Notes under the pieces: model-generated
The model's input: only the letters and a program-made list of their open reading frames with translations
Databases searched by the model: none
What the model was told of the DNA's origin: nothing
Position numbers and translations under genes: made by a program
Shown: piece by piece, positions 1 to 18,519 of the stretch
Position numbering within the stretch: the stretch's first letter is position 1
How the letters are laid out: each line of letters starts with the position of its first letter
Assembly (NCBI RefSeq): GCF_009914755.1
Contig: NC_060933.1
Strand: one strand, 5' to 3'
Origin: the human T2T-CHM13v2.0 reference genome, Homo sapiens
Length of the DNA stretch: 64,000 nucleotides

Positions 1-164
1 CAGCTAATACTTAGTTTAACACTCTACTGAGAGTATGCAGACTATTTTTAGTAACCCTCAGAATCAAAACAGCCTCTATTCATAAGATCTTTGTGCACAT
101 AAAGAAAAAAAAAAAAGTAGCCCCATGGAGAGCATAAAATATTCACCCCCTTTAAATGCATTAC

Positions 165-300
165 TAGTGTTGATATTATACTGTAATTAGAAAAGATGTT
201 ACCATTGGAGAAAACTGGGCAAGATTATAAGGAACCATTCCATATTATTTTTGCAACAGTATGTAAATCTATAATTATTTAAATATTAAAAAAATTATAA
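165..300 (+). mobile_element. Old L1 (L1MC/L1ME-type) 3' end fragment
   Basis: gatattatactgtaattag...gatgttaccattggagaaaactggg...tttgcaac...tgtaaatctataattattt resembles the mammalian-wide L1 3' terminus. Confidence 0.5.
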
Positions 301-333
301 ATGAAATACCAGTACTCCAAGGATCAATGCTAC

Positions 334-779
334 ATTTATTTATTTATTTATTGCTTTATCACTTTATTTATTTATTTATTTTTTTATTATACTTTAAGTT
401 CTAGGGTACATGTGCACAAGGTGCAGGTTTGTTACATATGTATACATGTGCCATGTTGGTGTGCTGAACCCATTAACTCATCATTTACATTAGGTATATC
501 CCCCAATGCCATACCTCCCCCCACCCCCACCCCATGACAGGCTCCGGTGTGTGATGTTCCCCTTCCTGTGTCCATGTGTTCTATGGTTTTAGGTCTAACA
601 TTTAAGTCTTTAATCTGTCTTGAATTAATTTTTGTATAAGGTGTAAGAAAGGGATCCAGTTTCAGCTTTCTACATATGGCTAGCCACTTTTCCCAGCACT
701 ATTTATTAAATAGGGAATCCTTTCCCCACTTCTTGTTTTTGTCAGGTTTGTCAAAGATGGTTGTAGATGTGTGGTATTA
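334..779 (-). mobile_element. Truncated L1PA5-like element with ~909-bp internal deletion
   Basis: T-rich tail, L1PA 3'UTR (minus strand CCTAATGTAAATGA), then a jump at 582/583 into ORF2 sequence; colinear with 5049-5248 and 6158-6359 of the larger L1. Confidence 0.9.
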
Positions 780-1684
780 GAGAAACCTATTTTCTTGGGA
801 AATAAGGGTCGTAATATTGGGGAAAGTGTATGAAACTTTAATAGGAAGAGAGAACGTTAATATTTTATTGCTTGAGGAGTCCTTAGGTACAGATGGCAAA
901 CAGAAGCACATATGTTGCTGTCTCCCCAAGTGCCGCCTTATACCTATGACAGTCCTCACTTGTGGAGGACAGTGAAATTTGGGACTTCATTCAGACTCAA
1001 ATTCATGATCCCTCTTGAGGCAGTTCTCCAGGCACCTGTTAATAAACTGGTGGTATCACATGAAATAGAACCTTTTGGTCCTATGAATTAATCCATCCAA
1101 CAAATATGTGTTAAGCTACTATGAACCAGGCAATTTTTAATTGTTGAAAATAAACTGATAATAAGACAGAGTCTATACATTCCTAAAGATCATAGGTTTG
1201 GTAAACAGATTTAGTTAGAGCCAAGGGTGGCAAATAGATGTCATCATCCAGTGTTGCAGGAGGGAGTGCAGAAAATGGCTATCTTTAGAGATAGGCAGAA
1301 GGTGACACATAGTGGAGTGTGACTGGTGTCTTAATAGGAGTTAATCAAGTGGGGAAGAAGTAGAAGAGCAAACACGTTCAATGCATAGTTGATATTTAAT
1401 CACATGGCAAACTCAAGGAAGTGTTAAGAATCTATAATGAAGACAGAATTGCATACGTTAAAGTGGGAGAGAGCAATCAAATATAAAAATGGAAAGGAAA
1501 AGCCTTGACTTTATGACCACACACAAACACACATATCCTGTGGGCAGGGAAACTGCAACTATTGGCTTGTAGGGAGAAGCCAAAGAGTGGGTTCCAAGGT
1601 TATACCTACCCAGTCTCACACTATCCAGATGAGAGAAAGAACAAGAGGATATTCATAAAATAAGCAAAAACGGGGGTTTTCAGG

Positions 1685-2092
1685 TGGATTAGTCAGGGTT
1701 CTCTTAGAGAGACAGAACTAATTCTCTCTCTCTCGATATATAATATATAACATATATCTCAATATATAATATATATCTCGATATACTATATATGTCGATA
1801 TATGTAAATATGTAGATAAATATATTATCTATATATTTATATATTTTTATATATATTTACATAGATATTTTATCTATATAAAATATCTATATAAAAATAT
1901 ATTTATATAGATCTATATATTTATATATAGATCTATATATAGATCTATATATTTATATATAGATCTATATATATAGATTTATATATTATATATCGATTTA
2001 TATTATATAGATTTATATAGATGATCTATATATATTATATATTATATATATAAATCTATATATATTTTTTATATATATATATATATATATAT

Positions 2093-2129
<37 letters not shown>

Positions 2130-2518
2130 TTGATTAGGTATTAACTTATATGCTCACAAGGTCCCAAAATAGGTTGTCTGCAAGCTGAGGAACAAGGACA
2201 GCCAGCCCGAGAGCCAGCCCAAGTCACAAAACTGAAGAATGTGGAGTCCAGTGTTCAAGGGCAGGAAGCATCCAGCATAGGAGAAAGATGTAGACTAGGA
2301 GGCTAGGCCCATCTCTCTCCTTTTCATGTTTTTCTGCCTGCTTTTTATTCTCTGGAAGCTGACTAGATTGTGCCCACCAGATTAAGGGTGGATCTGCCTT
2401 CCCCAGCCCACTGACTCAAATGTGAATCACTTTTGGCGATACCCATACAGACACACTCAGGATTAATACTTTGTATCCCTCAATTCAGTCAAGTTGACAC
2501 TCAGTATTAACTATCACA
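1685..2518 (-). mobile_element. MLT2A1/MLT2A2-like solo LTR (ERVL)
   Basis: Minus strand begins TGTGATAGTTAATACTGAGTGTCAACTTGA; contains GGCAGATCCACCCTTAATCTGG; other end attagtcagggttctct. Confidence 0.85.
1723..2126. repeat. Compound (TC)n / degenerate TA-rich tract / (GA)n inside the MLT2A LTR
   Basis: (TC)6, about 360 bp of TA-rich sequence with recurring atagatctat units, then (AG)16. Confidence 0.95.
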
Positions 2519-3365
2519 GAAGGGGAAAGAGAAGCTGCCTTTATTCCAGAGAATACCTTTTCCAGAAATGAAAGGTGAAACCGAGATGCAAGTGTAAAGC
2601 CCTAGCTCCAGATATATGTGGTGTGCTGAATAAATTTCCAAAAAAATAAGCAAAAATAATAAATTCACACATTATAAGAAGAGGTTTTACATAAAAGAGA
2701 CATTAATAATTAAAGAAATTAGGTGATTTTGAGGTAAAAGCTCTCAAATTGCACTTAAATAATTTATGTGTCTTTTCAGTAACATGTACTTTAATAAGCA
2801 AACAAACAAACAAAAACCACATTCATTTGAAAAATTGAGATGTTCATGACAGGCCTGCCCTACTTCCTCTACTATATTAATAGGACTGAGACCTTCACAT
2901 GGATCACAGTACTGTGACGCTCCTTCCAACAATAAACTAATAATACACTTTTCTCTGTTGGCTTAGCCTAACATCTCACCTAGGAACTTAATTTCTTTGT
3001 AGTGTAGTACCAGGCAGCTGACAGCCCCAAAGCCTGGAACACAATGCGTAGTCAATGAATATTTCTTGAATGAGTAAATAGTTTAGAATTTTGCCTCAAA
3101 ATTTCGATTTTGTTTTATAGGCACACACTCCAAAGAGAGGACATATTTTAAGCCGCTATTACTCTGTCATAGCTTCCTGTGAGTAGGTCTCCTACCTTTT
3201 CTTAGAGCGTGGTTTGTTAAGCAGAGACCAAGGGCTCTGGATAAGAACAAGAAAGAGGCACAATTAAATGAGAGGGGCAGTGGTGACTGCAGAGATTATT
3301 CTCTAAATAAAAGCAAATGTACAAAGAACAACATCAAAATCCAGTTTTAGCCCCATGGAATTACA

Positions 3366-3480
3366 TTTAGGTCTTACTAGTTCCCATGAAATTTACTCTC
3401 ACATATGTTCCACTTGTTTTTATAATACGCTGGTTTTCTTAAACTAGCTAGTGATTTTCCTTACATTTAAAATATTATAT
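3366..3480 (+). repeat. Copy A of an ancient ~115-bp direct duplication (partner 11164-11275)
   Basis: Shared blocks agttcccatgaaatt, tctcacatatg, tttataatac, ctagcta, tttccttacatttaaa in the same order. Confidence 0.8.
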
Positions 3481-3599
3481 ACACAACTGAGGGAATGTTG
3501 TGTAACTATCTAATGAGCATTTAAATTTACTATAAGTTGCATAAGTTCTCTAGAGGTCCATGCAGACAATCTCTTTTATGTTTATTACATATAATATAA

Positions 3600-4017
<418 letters not shown>

Positions 4018-4189
4018 TAACATGGGAGGAGTTAATCTTTTCCTCTGACTTCTGGAACAAACACAGAGTCTGTGAATAGAAAAATCACTCTTTTCAACCC
4101 TTTTGCCCCAATAAAAGGTTTACGATGTGTGCTGTACCACAAGGAGAGATAATAATTCTGAGATTCTAGTTGAAACATTAGAGATGGGA

Positions 4190-4445
4190 AATTACCATGT
4201 GTGGCTGTAAGCCTGGAGGTACAGATGGAACACCCAGAAGGAAGAGCATGCCTCACAAAGGAACCAGCACTAGAAAAGCAAAGCAAAATATGATGATAAG
4301 AAATAGCTTCTTGATGACATTTTGGAGAATCTGGACTCATTCACTCTTGAAACTTTCAGTTGTGCATCCAATATATAAATTTTGCTGTTCTTATTCTACA
4401 CCTGTTGGATTAACTGTCACTTATAACCAAAAGAGCCTTTTTATT
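4190..4445 (+). mobile_element. Degenerate MLT1 (J/K-like) LTR fragment
   Basis: tgatgacatttt...ctggac...actttcagtt...ctgtcacttataaccaaaagagcc resembles an old MaLR LTR 3' half. Confidence 0.5.
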
Positions 4446-5254
4446 AGAGTAGCTGTAATTAATGGCAAAATGCAGTGAGTAACATTAGAAAGACAAATAT
4501 GATAAGGAAGCACAAAGGAGGTAGACTTCTACCCTAACTGTGATATTAAGAAGTTGCCCTGAAACAATATGATATTTGATATAAAAATTTAATGATGGGT
4601 GGTATCATGATGACAGTAGTAAAAGTTAGCTTAACTTATAAGATACAGTGAAATTAAAGAAAATGGCATGGAAAAGTGTAGAGAGTATTCAGAGAACAGG
4701 GGGAAACAGGAGACAGGGAAAATAACATTTTAGATGTGGTATTTTGAAAAGAAGAGGAAGAGATGGGGGAATCAGCACATGGAGGTTAAAACAAGACAGA
4801 AGCTATCAACATCTGGAATTCATATTATGAAATTTATTTATAATTAATTACTAAATAAGGTTTAATTTGGGTTTAAAAGTCATAAGTAAAAGTAAAAAAA
4901 TATTATGACAAAAAATTATTTCATAGGGATAAATGTAACAGAACCATAAAATAAGACACCAACATATATTAGTTTTAATATGATCCAATTCAGATGATTC
5001 TCTTTAAAAAAGAGTTCAGAGGTTTTTTGTTTGTCTGTTTGTTTGTTTTATTATACTTTAAGTTTTAGGGTACATGTGCACAACGTACAGGTTTGTTAAA
5101 TATGTATACATGTGCCATGTTGGTGTGTAGCACCCAGTAACTCGTCATTTAACATTAGATATATCTCCTAATGCTATCCCTCCCCACTCTCCCCACCCCA
5201 CAACAGGCCCCAGTGTGTGATGTTCCCCTTCCTGTGTCCAAGTGTTCTCATTGT

Positions 5255-9074
<3,820 letters not shown>

Positions 9075-9137
9075 TATGATGTTAGCTGGTTATTTTGCTC
9101 GTTAGTTGATGCAGTTTCTTCCTAGCCTTGATGGTCT

Positions 9138-10159
9138 TTACAATTTGGCATGTTTTTGCAGTGGCTGGTACCGGTTGTTCCTTTCCATGTTTAGTGCTTC
9201 CTTCAGGAGCTCTTGTAGGGCAGGCCTGGTGGTGACAAAATCTCTCAGCATTTGCTTGTCTGTAAAGGATTTTATTTCTCCTTCACTTATGAAGCTTAGT
9301 TTGGCTGGATATGAAATTCTGGGTTGAAAATTCTTTTCTTTAAGAATGTTGACTAGTGGCCCCCACTCTCTTCTGGCTTGTAGAGTTTCTGCCAAGAGAT
9401 CAGCTGTTAGTCTGATGGACTTTCCTTTGTGGGTAACCCGACCTTTCTCTGTGGCTGCCCGTAACATTTTTTCCTTCATTTCAACTTTGGTGAATCTGAC
9501 AATTATGTGTCTTGGAGTTGCTCTTCTCGAGGAGTATCTTTGTGGCGTTCTTTGTATTTCCTTAAGTTGAATGTTGGCCTGCCTTGCTAGATTGGGGAAT
9601 TTCTCCTGGATAATATCCTGCAGAGTGTTTTCCAACTTGGTTCCATTCTCCCCGTTACTTTCAGGTACACCAATCATATGTAGATTTGGTCTTTTCACAC
9701 AGTCCCATATTTCTTGGAGGCCTTGTTCTTTTTTTTTTTTTTAATTGTTTTTTCTCTAAACTTCTCTTCTCACTTTATTTCATTCATTTGATCTTCCATC
9801 ATTGATACCCTTTCTTCCAGTTGATCGAATCGGCTACTGAGGCTTGTGCATTCGTCACGTAGTTCTCGTGCCATGGTTTTCAGCTCCATCAGGTCCTTTA
9901 AGGACTTCTCTGCATTGGTTATTCTAGTTAGCGATTCGTCTAATCTTTATTCAAGGTTTTTAACTTCTTTGCCATGGGTTCGAACTTCCTCCTTTAGCTT
10001 GGAGTAGTTTGATCATCTGAAGCCTTCTTCTCTCAACTCGTCAAAGTCATTCTCCATCCAGCTTTGTTCTGTTGCTGGTGAGGAGCTACGTTCCTTTAGA
10101 GGAGGAGAGGCACGCTGATTTTTAGAATTTTCAGTTTTTCTGCTCTGTTTTTTCCCCAT
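9138..10159 (-). pseudogene. Disrupted L1 ORF1 (RNA-binding ORF1p)
   Basis: MGKKQSRKTENSKNQ starts at 10159, premature stop at 10013; C-terminal part RPNL...PRHIIVRF...YPAKLS...QKHAKL in 9138..9698. Confidence 0.95.
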
Positions 10160-10199
10160 CTTCATGGTTTTATCTACCTTTGGTCTTTGATGATGGTGA

Positions 10200-10548
<349 letters not shown>

Positions 10549-11163
10549 TCAGAGGTTTTAAAGAAGTATCCTCCGACAGTTTTTATGCACTGAAATAATA
10601 CTAAATTAAAGCTGTTAAAAGCCTGTACCACTCACATCACCTACTACAGAAAACTGGCCCCAAGAAAGTCACTAGTGAAAGGAAACATTCACATAGCCCA
10701 ATATACCATTGCTGTAGCTGAATGTACAAGAGGAGGGCCTCTAACTAGAGGAGACCCAACATAGATTGAGCAATTGACTTTTGATTCTTGCCTAAGGACT
10801 TTCACTTTGTAGGAAAATCTAATCTGACCTGATTTCACACATATTTGCAGTCAGCAATATCATGGAGATTTTTCAGTTATTATCGGAAATTTAAATAAGA
10901 TATACCAAGAGATAAAGATGCGGCAAGAAAGTTTACACAGTCAAAATCAGCGTTATGGGCAAGACACAGTGATGTGCAAAAGGAAACTATGCATAAGGAG
11001 TCAGTCATTGGCAGTGGAGAGAAGGAAAGCAAGTGTGATTTTTACCAGCGTTCCATTAATAGTGAAGCATGAGACTAAATAACCATGTGTCCTGGAGGGG
11101 CTGTGGAGATCTTAAGAACTGTTCTCAGTTCCAGAATGTTCTTCTTGTCTCCATTCTGGAAGG

Positions 11164-11275
11164 TTTAGTCCTTACAAGTTCCCATGAAATTCATTCTCAC
11201 ATATGCTCTGTATTTATAATACTCTGTTTTTTTTTTTAGCTAGCTAAAGCATTTCCTTACATTTAAATGTTATAT
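11164..11275 (+). repeat. Copy B of the ancient direct duplication (partner 3366-3480)
   Basis: Roughly 80% identity to copy A by manual alignment. Confidence 0.8.
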
Positions 11276-11276
11276 A

Positions 11277-11302
11277 TGTGTGTGTGTGTGTGTATGTGTG
11301 TG
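11277..11302. repeat. (TG)n microsatellite
   Basis: Visible, one interruption. Confidence 0.9.
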
Positions 11303-12171
11303 CATATAAAAATATAAATGTTTTATAAAAATTAACATACACTTTTACTCAGATATGTGAACACATATTAAATATCTTCAATATACTGTAAAGTTCATTG
11401 TGAAAACTGAGAAAAAAAGTTTCCCTTTTGAAAAAGTGAAAAAAAAAGTGTCCTTAAAAAACCCCAAATTTCAGTAAACATATTCTGCTAAAACTTTTAA
11501 ACTGTGAGATAACTAATTTTTAGAATTGTGTTGGTCAGGTTTTATTCAAACTATTGGCCTTGTGACCATTGTCCATAATCAATACCATCTTAATTCTACC
11601 CTGCTGGATTTTATTTCATACATTTCGAGGATCAAAAATAGCAATATTGTCATAGTTTAACAAGAAACACAAAGAAAGTTGACTTTGAAACAAGCATGAC
11701 AATTATTTTTAAGTTTTTTGGGGCAAGAGTTATTTAGATAATGATTAAAGCAGACAACTTTGAATGTATGCTTACATTGTGACTAGTCTTAAGTGATTTC
11801 TACTTTCTTAAAAAAATAGTGAAAAATCTACTACCTTAATTCTGTTATCACAAAAATGCATTGTGGAATGGGAAACTTAGACATGATTAAAGAAGACACA
11901 CATGGGGCATAAGATATGACAAGTGGCTTATGACTCCTTCTGCTTATTATAGGGGTATAGAGAGAAATCAATCTGGCATATATGACCTATTATCTTTCAA
12001 CTACAGAACAAACAGCTGGTGTGACCGTTAGAATATAAAACCATTTTAAATTATTGTTAAATTCAAGGCAGATTTTGTTTCTTGACGTGTTTTCCCTAAC
12101 ATAAATTACTGAAGGTCATACCCACTAATATACATATATATGATAAATAAATTAACAAAAGATCACTGGTC

Positions 12172-14076
12172 TTAAATACCTAGGAATTACTGAAAAAAGT
12201 GAAATAGCTCAATAATGAAAACTATAAAACACTGATGAAAGAAATTGAAGAGGACACCAAACGATAGAAAGATATTTCATGTTCATATGTTAGAAGAATC
12301 AATATTGATAAAATCTCCATATTTCCCAAAGCAATCTACAGATTTAATGTAATTTCTATCAAAATATCAAAACCTTCTTCAAAGAAAGAGAAAAAAATGA
12401 TCCTGAAATTTATATGGAATCACAAAAGACCCAGAAGAGCCACAGCTATTTTAAGCAAAAAGGATAAAACAGGAAAAATCACATGACCTGACTTCAAATT
12501 ATTCTACAGAGCTGTACTTAACCAAAAAAGCATGCTACTGGCATAAAAACAGACACATAGACCAACGGAACAGAATAGAAGACCCCAGAAACAAATTTAC
12601 ACGCTCACAGTGAACTCATTTTTAACAAAGATGCCAAGAACACACTTGGGAAAAGACAGTCTCTTCAACAAGTGATGGTAGAAAAACTGGACATACATAT
12701 GCAGAATAAAAGTAGAACATTATCTCTCACCACATGCAAAAATAAAGTCAAAATGAATTAAAGACTTAAATATTAGACCTCAAACCATGAAACTATTACA
12801 AGAAAACATTGAGGAAACCTAGGATATTGGTCTGGGCAAACATTTCTTCAGGAATACTCACAAGCACAGACAAGTAAGGAAAATAACTGGACAAATGGGA
12901 TCACATTAAGTTAAAAAGCTTCTGCATAGCAAAAGAAACAATCAATGCAGTAAAGAGACAACCCACAGAATGGGAGAAGAAACATGCGAACTACCCATCT
13001 GACAAGGAAACAATAACCAGAAATATATAAGGAGGTCAAACAACTCTATAGAAAAAAACATAAAAATCCACTTTAAAAATGAACAAAAGATCTGAATAGA
13101 CATTTCTCAAAAGAAGACATATAAATGGCAAATAGGCATACGAAATGGTGTTCGACATTGATCATCAGAGAAATGCAAGCCAAAACTCCGATAAGATAGC
13201 ATCTCAACCCAGTTAAAGTGGCTTATATCCAAAAGATAGGCAATAACAAATGCTGATGAGGATGTGGAGAAAAGAGAACCCTTGTGCACTGTTGGTAGGA
13301 GTGTAAATTAGCACAATCACTATGGATAGTTTGGACATTCCTCAAAAAACCAAAAAATCTAAAAACTAAAACCATATGATACAGCAATTCCACTACTGGA
13401 TATATAACCAAAAGAAAAAAAAAGGAAATCAGTATATCGAAGAGATAGCTGCACTCTCATGTTTGTTGCAGCTGTTCACAATAGCAAAGATTTGGAAGCA
13501 CCCTATGTCCATCAATGGATGAGTGGATAAAGAAAATATAGAACATATACAGAGTGGAGTACTATTCAGCCATAAAAAAGAATGAGATCCTGTCGTTTGC
13601 AAGAAGGTTCCTGGCTAAGTGACATAAGCTAGGCCCAAAAAGACAAACACTCGATATGTTCACTTATTTGTGAAATTTAAAAACCAAAACAATTGAACTC
13701 ATATACATATAGAGTGGGAGGATGGTTACTAGAGGCAGGGAAGGGTAGTAGGGGGAGGGTAGTGAGGAGGTGGGAATGGTTAATGGGTGCAAACAGAAAA
13801 AAAAAAAAGAAAGAATTAATAAGACCCAGTATTTGATAGTGCAACAGGTGACTATAGGCAATAATAGTTTAATTGTTCTTTTTAAATAAGTAAAAGGGTA
13901 TAATTGGACTGTTTGTAAAGCAAAGGATAAATCCTTGATGGAACAGAAGCCCCATTTTCCATGATGTCATTACTATGCATTGCATGCCTGTATCAAAACA
14001 TCTCCTGCACTCCATAAATATATATATCTACTATGTATCTATGTACTCACATAAATCAAATTTTTTTAAAAAAATT
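12172..14076 (+). mobile_element. 5'-truncated L1MA1-3 (L1MA2-like)
   Basis: Decayed 3' ORF2 plus L1MA 3'UTR (gtataattggactgtttgtaa, tgcatgcctgtatcaaaacatctc); TSD aaagatcactg at 12158-12168 and 14077-14087. Confidence 0.9.
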
Positions 14077-15089
14077 AAAGATCACTGTTTTTAAGCAGAA
14101 GCATCCTACATTTTAAAGGCTTCCTGATCCTTTAAAAAGTAGAGTCATTGCTATATGATATAAAAGAAGGGACAATTTAAAAATCCCAGATGATTACAAG
14201 GACAGGCCAATTTGAAGATGATATGCATTTATATCATGTGATAAATTTAGAGAGTATCTGTTAGTTTGATAAAAACCCTCAGTACTAATATTGCCAACAA
14301 AATACCACAGCTATATTCTCTTATCCGATGGTTCTAAAATCCAGCTTCTAGGTTTATATACTATACCTTAATTCGGTGTTTTCCTACTGAATTAGTTATG
14401 GTGAGTTAATTAATTGGAAAAAAAGGGGATTCAGTTATAGTCACAGCAGTAAGAACTGGACATAACCCACTGTGTGTCATATATGCAGAGCCCACAGCTG
14501 TCAACCTTCATGGACTGTGATAGGTCATTCACATAAACATAAGTCATCATTTAATTTAGAATAAAGAAAATGTTATGAAGTGCCTTTATCCTGTAGTCAA
14601 TCCCATGGTATTTAAAATAGAAATCAAGCTTTAAAACAAAACAAAGTCCACCTGCGGAACTGTTTCTGTAAGTACACTAATATCTGAATCTACTGATAGT
14701 AGCAATTTGATAAAAGGCAACGGGCCAAGAGCTTTTTATTGTGACTGAAATCATTGTTGTCTAATAGTTCAAAATCAATGAGAATATGCTCAGAGACCAA
14801 AAACCTCATTAGACAGCAACTCTCCAGATAGATCATTTGAGGGGACTGGTGACTAGAAAAAAATAAGACAAGTAATTGATGTGTTAGAAGACATACTAAG
14901 TGCTGTTGAGGTTTCCATTTTTATTTTTAATAAGACCTTGGTAGCCCTATCTACTGAAAATGATATCTAATATCAGACTATAATCAAGTTATCAGGTAAA
15001 GAGTGTGGCATGGAGCAGACAAAACAAGGCAGCCTTCAGCTGGCTTCAGAAGTGCCTTATTAGGCAACTGTCTTGAAGGCAGTGCGCAG

Positions 15090-15335
15090 ATTGATTAGAG
15101 TACCGTGCTTTAGAGCTAAACAGACATGAGTTGAATACCAGGTCTCTTACTTACTGAGTTTAGTAATTTTAACTATTTACCTAAGTTTCTCTGAGCTTCA
15201 ATTTTTTAAATTCAAAATGATTTTAATAATATTTATCACATTTAATTGTTTTCATGATCAAATTAGAAACTGTAGGCCAACTACCAAGTAATGGCAACTG
15301 ACTCAAAGTGGGTATTTCATAATTCTTAGTTATTA
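15090..15335 (+). mobile_element. MIR
   Basis: Core-like gagttgaataccagg...tttacctaagtttctctgagcttca. Confidence 0.65.
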
Positions 15336-18300
15336 GTGTTTTTACTTTTTGTCAGGAAAATCTTCATGAAATCTCGGGGAAGTGCTCTAGCATCACATGC
15401 TTAGTTATTTTCCATGTAAGAAAATAAGTAAGTAAGAAGTCCATGGAAAAGTCCTCCTCTCCACCTACATCATCCAGAACTCTATATCTCTGTTATCCAT
15501 TGGCTGGAATCTCATTTGAAGCTAGAGAAATAGAGCTAACATGCTGGGATAGTCATTCTAAGGCACACACACATCACGGCTAAAGCTCCTTTCATAGGAG
15601 CAAGCACGGTCAGTGAGTCTGGAACCTCAAATAACATGCTAGCTGAGATTTGAACAATTAACACCTTTAAGAACTTAACGGGCTAAACTAATTGAGAAAG
15701 TGAAAGAAACCATTAAGTTGTAGTCTGGTAAGAACAGTCTCCAACTAATTTTGATACTAACATGATATGAACCAACAAAAAGGATCAGACAAAATAGAAA
15801 GATTGATCCATATGATCTGGGGAAACACTCTTTTTTCAAGCATCCAACACTGTTGAAGGGAGAAGATATAGGATTTGGAGAGGCTGATGTCTCCAGGTCT
15901 CCATTGTGATTAAGCAATAATTTCTTATGAAATGTCACCTTTATTATTCCACAATTATTATAACATCAAAGTAGCTTCCTCATGAACAATGTAGTTTGGT
16001 ACATAGCTTGGTAGCAGGATAATATAGTTTGTTCTTGACTGCATATAATAATTCTAATCACTAGAAAGAATTCTAATTGATACTTTAGTGTTTCTGGTTT
16101 ATATACCAGTCTGAGCTTAATGAGTATGAGCTAATCACCGAATGCATTGAGAACATAGGTCAGTTTCTGGAAAGTTAAGAGACATAATTCCAGAATGTGG
16201 TGACTCAACTGAGAAAGGCTGTGCCTAGATTATCTTTAGCATCTTCCAAACTGAGCAAAGACACCACAGGTATCCCTTTCTCACTGTCCCTTTGAAACAG
16301 CCTTTGCCACTGCTGCCTCTACTGCTACTGCCATGATTGATACCTGGAGAATATGCAAATCCCATTCAATTCAGTCTTTTAATACCTCTCAAAAATGATA
16401 CGTAGAGATATGGGAACGCTTGGTTGCCCTGAAATTGATCAAACTCAAAATATTAAGGTATAGGTCCCAAGCACCTCTTACTTCCCATAATAACTTATTA
16501 TGACTACTTAAATGTATAAGTTAATTGTTTCTTTATGTTTATTCTCCACTGAGTAAAATAATATATCCTTTTATTTCCTTCTAACTACTTCTTTAGAACT
16601 TTAACAGGTTTGCTGCCAGTTCTAATATTCGGTGAGCTTTTGTGAGTGACACATAATCAGTGTTAGTGATTTAGAATGTTTTCTGTCTCTAGACATGGTT
16701 TTATAAATAATACTTTATAATGTACTTTATTTCCTACTACCTCCCAATAGCAGAAAATGACATATTTTTTCCTGGATCTATACTTTTATATACTTATTAA
16801 AAAGAATGTGGAATGTTATACCAGCATTATAAAGAAAATTACACAGATGTACTAAAATTTCACCTTAGTCTCTCAGTAGGTTGCATTTATGTAAAGGTTA
16901 TCTTGCCCTTCAGGGATTCAAAAATAACTAGCCTTTGAAATCTATGCTTGCTTCTCCTAACTTCACAATAAACTGAACCTTCCAAAGAGTTTGGGATTAT
17001 ACCATACATTAACTTGATATATTCTCTATTTAACTTTTATTATTCAACCTGTGTCAGCCATTATTGACAATAATTCTGTATGATGATATTTCTTTTTCTT
17101 TCTTTCTTTTTTTTTTTTTTTTTTACTCCTTACATAGCTTGTGGTTAATCAACCCTAGCAAAGTATTTAAATAAAAGGAGACCAAGATGTAGACACATGT
17201 ACCGTAAACAGAGGGCTGCACAATAGTGGAAATGCAGACGTGAGATGCTTAAGCACAAGACAAGACAGAATGAAAAGTATCCTGGATTATTCATAAAGCA
17301 CATAATGATCCCTGCAAAATTCCACTGTAGAATGACAGTAACTTGTAATTCTCAAACATAAAGATAGACTGGTTTCTATGAGATGGCAAATAAACTTTAC
17401 ATAAATTTAGTTCAGGTGATGCTTTGCAAAAAAATATAATATGTAATCCATTCAACTCAGAATTATGCTTCTCTAGTTGCTACAGACATTTTACGAGAGA
17501 GCATAGACTATCCCAGAATAATTATTTTGACATTAAATTTATATTAACAAAACTTAAATCCATACCCTATACATTGCCTACTCATCTCATTTCTCTAAGG
17601 ATCGGTCAATGCATCTTCACAAGGTAGACATTCTTTTAAGGAGCATTTATTAAGCACTTAATATAGTCCAGTGAATCCAGTGAACCTAATGAAAATCTGA
17701 AACATGCTATTATTAACACATTAAGTCTAATAATCACTTAACTATCTCATAGACTCAGAAATTAGATTCCTCTGACAGGTAGTCTACAATTATTCTCTAA
17801 AATATTATGCTGTTTAATTTTCATATCCAATCATGTTTGAACAAATTAAAGAAAAGCAAAAACAATTGTCCTCTTTCTCACAGTGGAGTAGAAAGATTTG
17901 ACTTCACAAGTCTTAGTACTCTTAGTCTAATGCTATCTACTTCTTACATCATTCCTCACTTGAAAAAAATAAATAAATAAAAGGTATTCTTAAAGCAAAT
18001 ACATGTATGTGTGTTTCTATGTTTCTACACAGTAGTTACAGGCAAAGGATCTACCAGAATGTACCTTCTGTTGGCAGTTTCATTGATTCAGTGCCTCCCA
18101 ACTTCCATGTCTTGGCATATATAGAAATGGTAGGGGGCGGTAAAGAGACAAGGCTGCTTATGATCAGAGATAACCAGGTTTGGGGCTGAAGCTATGGTAA
18201 GCTCTCCCCAGATACTCTGAGAGTTGAAGTAGTTTACATCTTGGCATAAGTGTGTCCTATTTCAACAGCACAGCAACTCAGAAACCTATATCGAACATAG

Positions 18301-18519
18301 TAAAATTTATGGCGCTCACCTTTTTCCACTTGAATGCCTATGTTTTCAGTCAAAGCAAACCACACATACACTTTGCAGCAAATTTAAAGACCAGAAAATG
18401 GAATTGTTATAGTAAAAAGCATACTACCAGAAAATGGGAAACCTTTAAAAAGAAGCAGTAACATAGCTTCCAAACATTCTAATAGCAATAGTAGTAGTAG
18501 AAGTAGTAACCATAGTACA

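Noticed and set aside
301-537. Hydrophobic 78-aa ORF suggesting a membrane peptide
   Set aside because: Antisense reading of an L1 tail and 3'UTR.
14340-14780. Repeat-free stretch with transcription-factor-like motifs (e.g. caaagtcca), possible enhancer; similar at 55650-56420
   Set aside because: Short motifs are expected by chance; cannot be supported without conservation or chromatin data.
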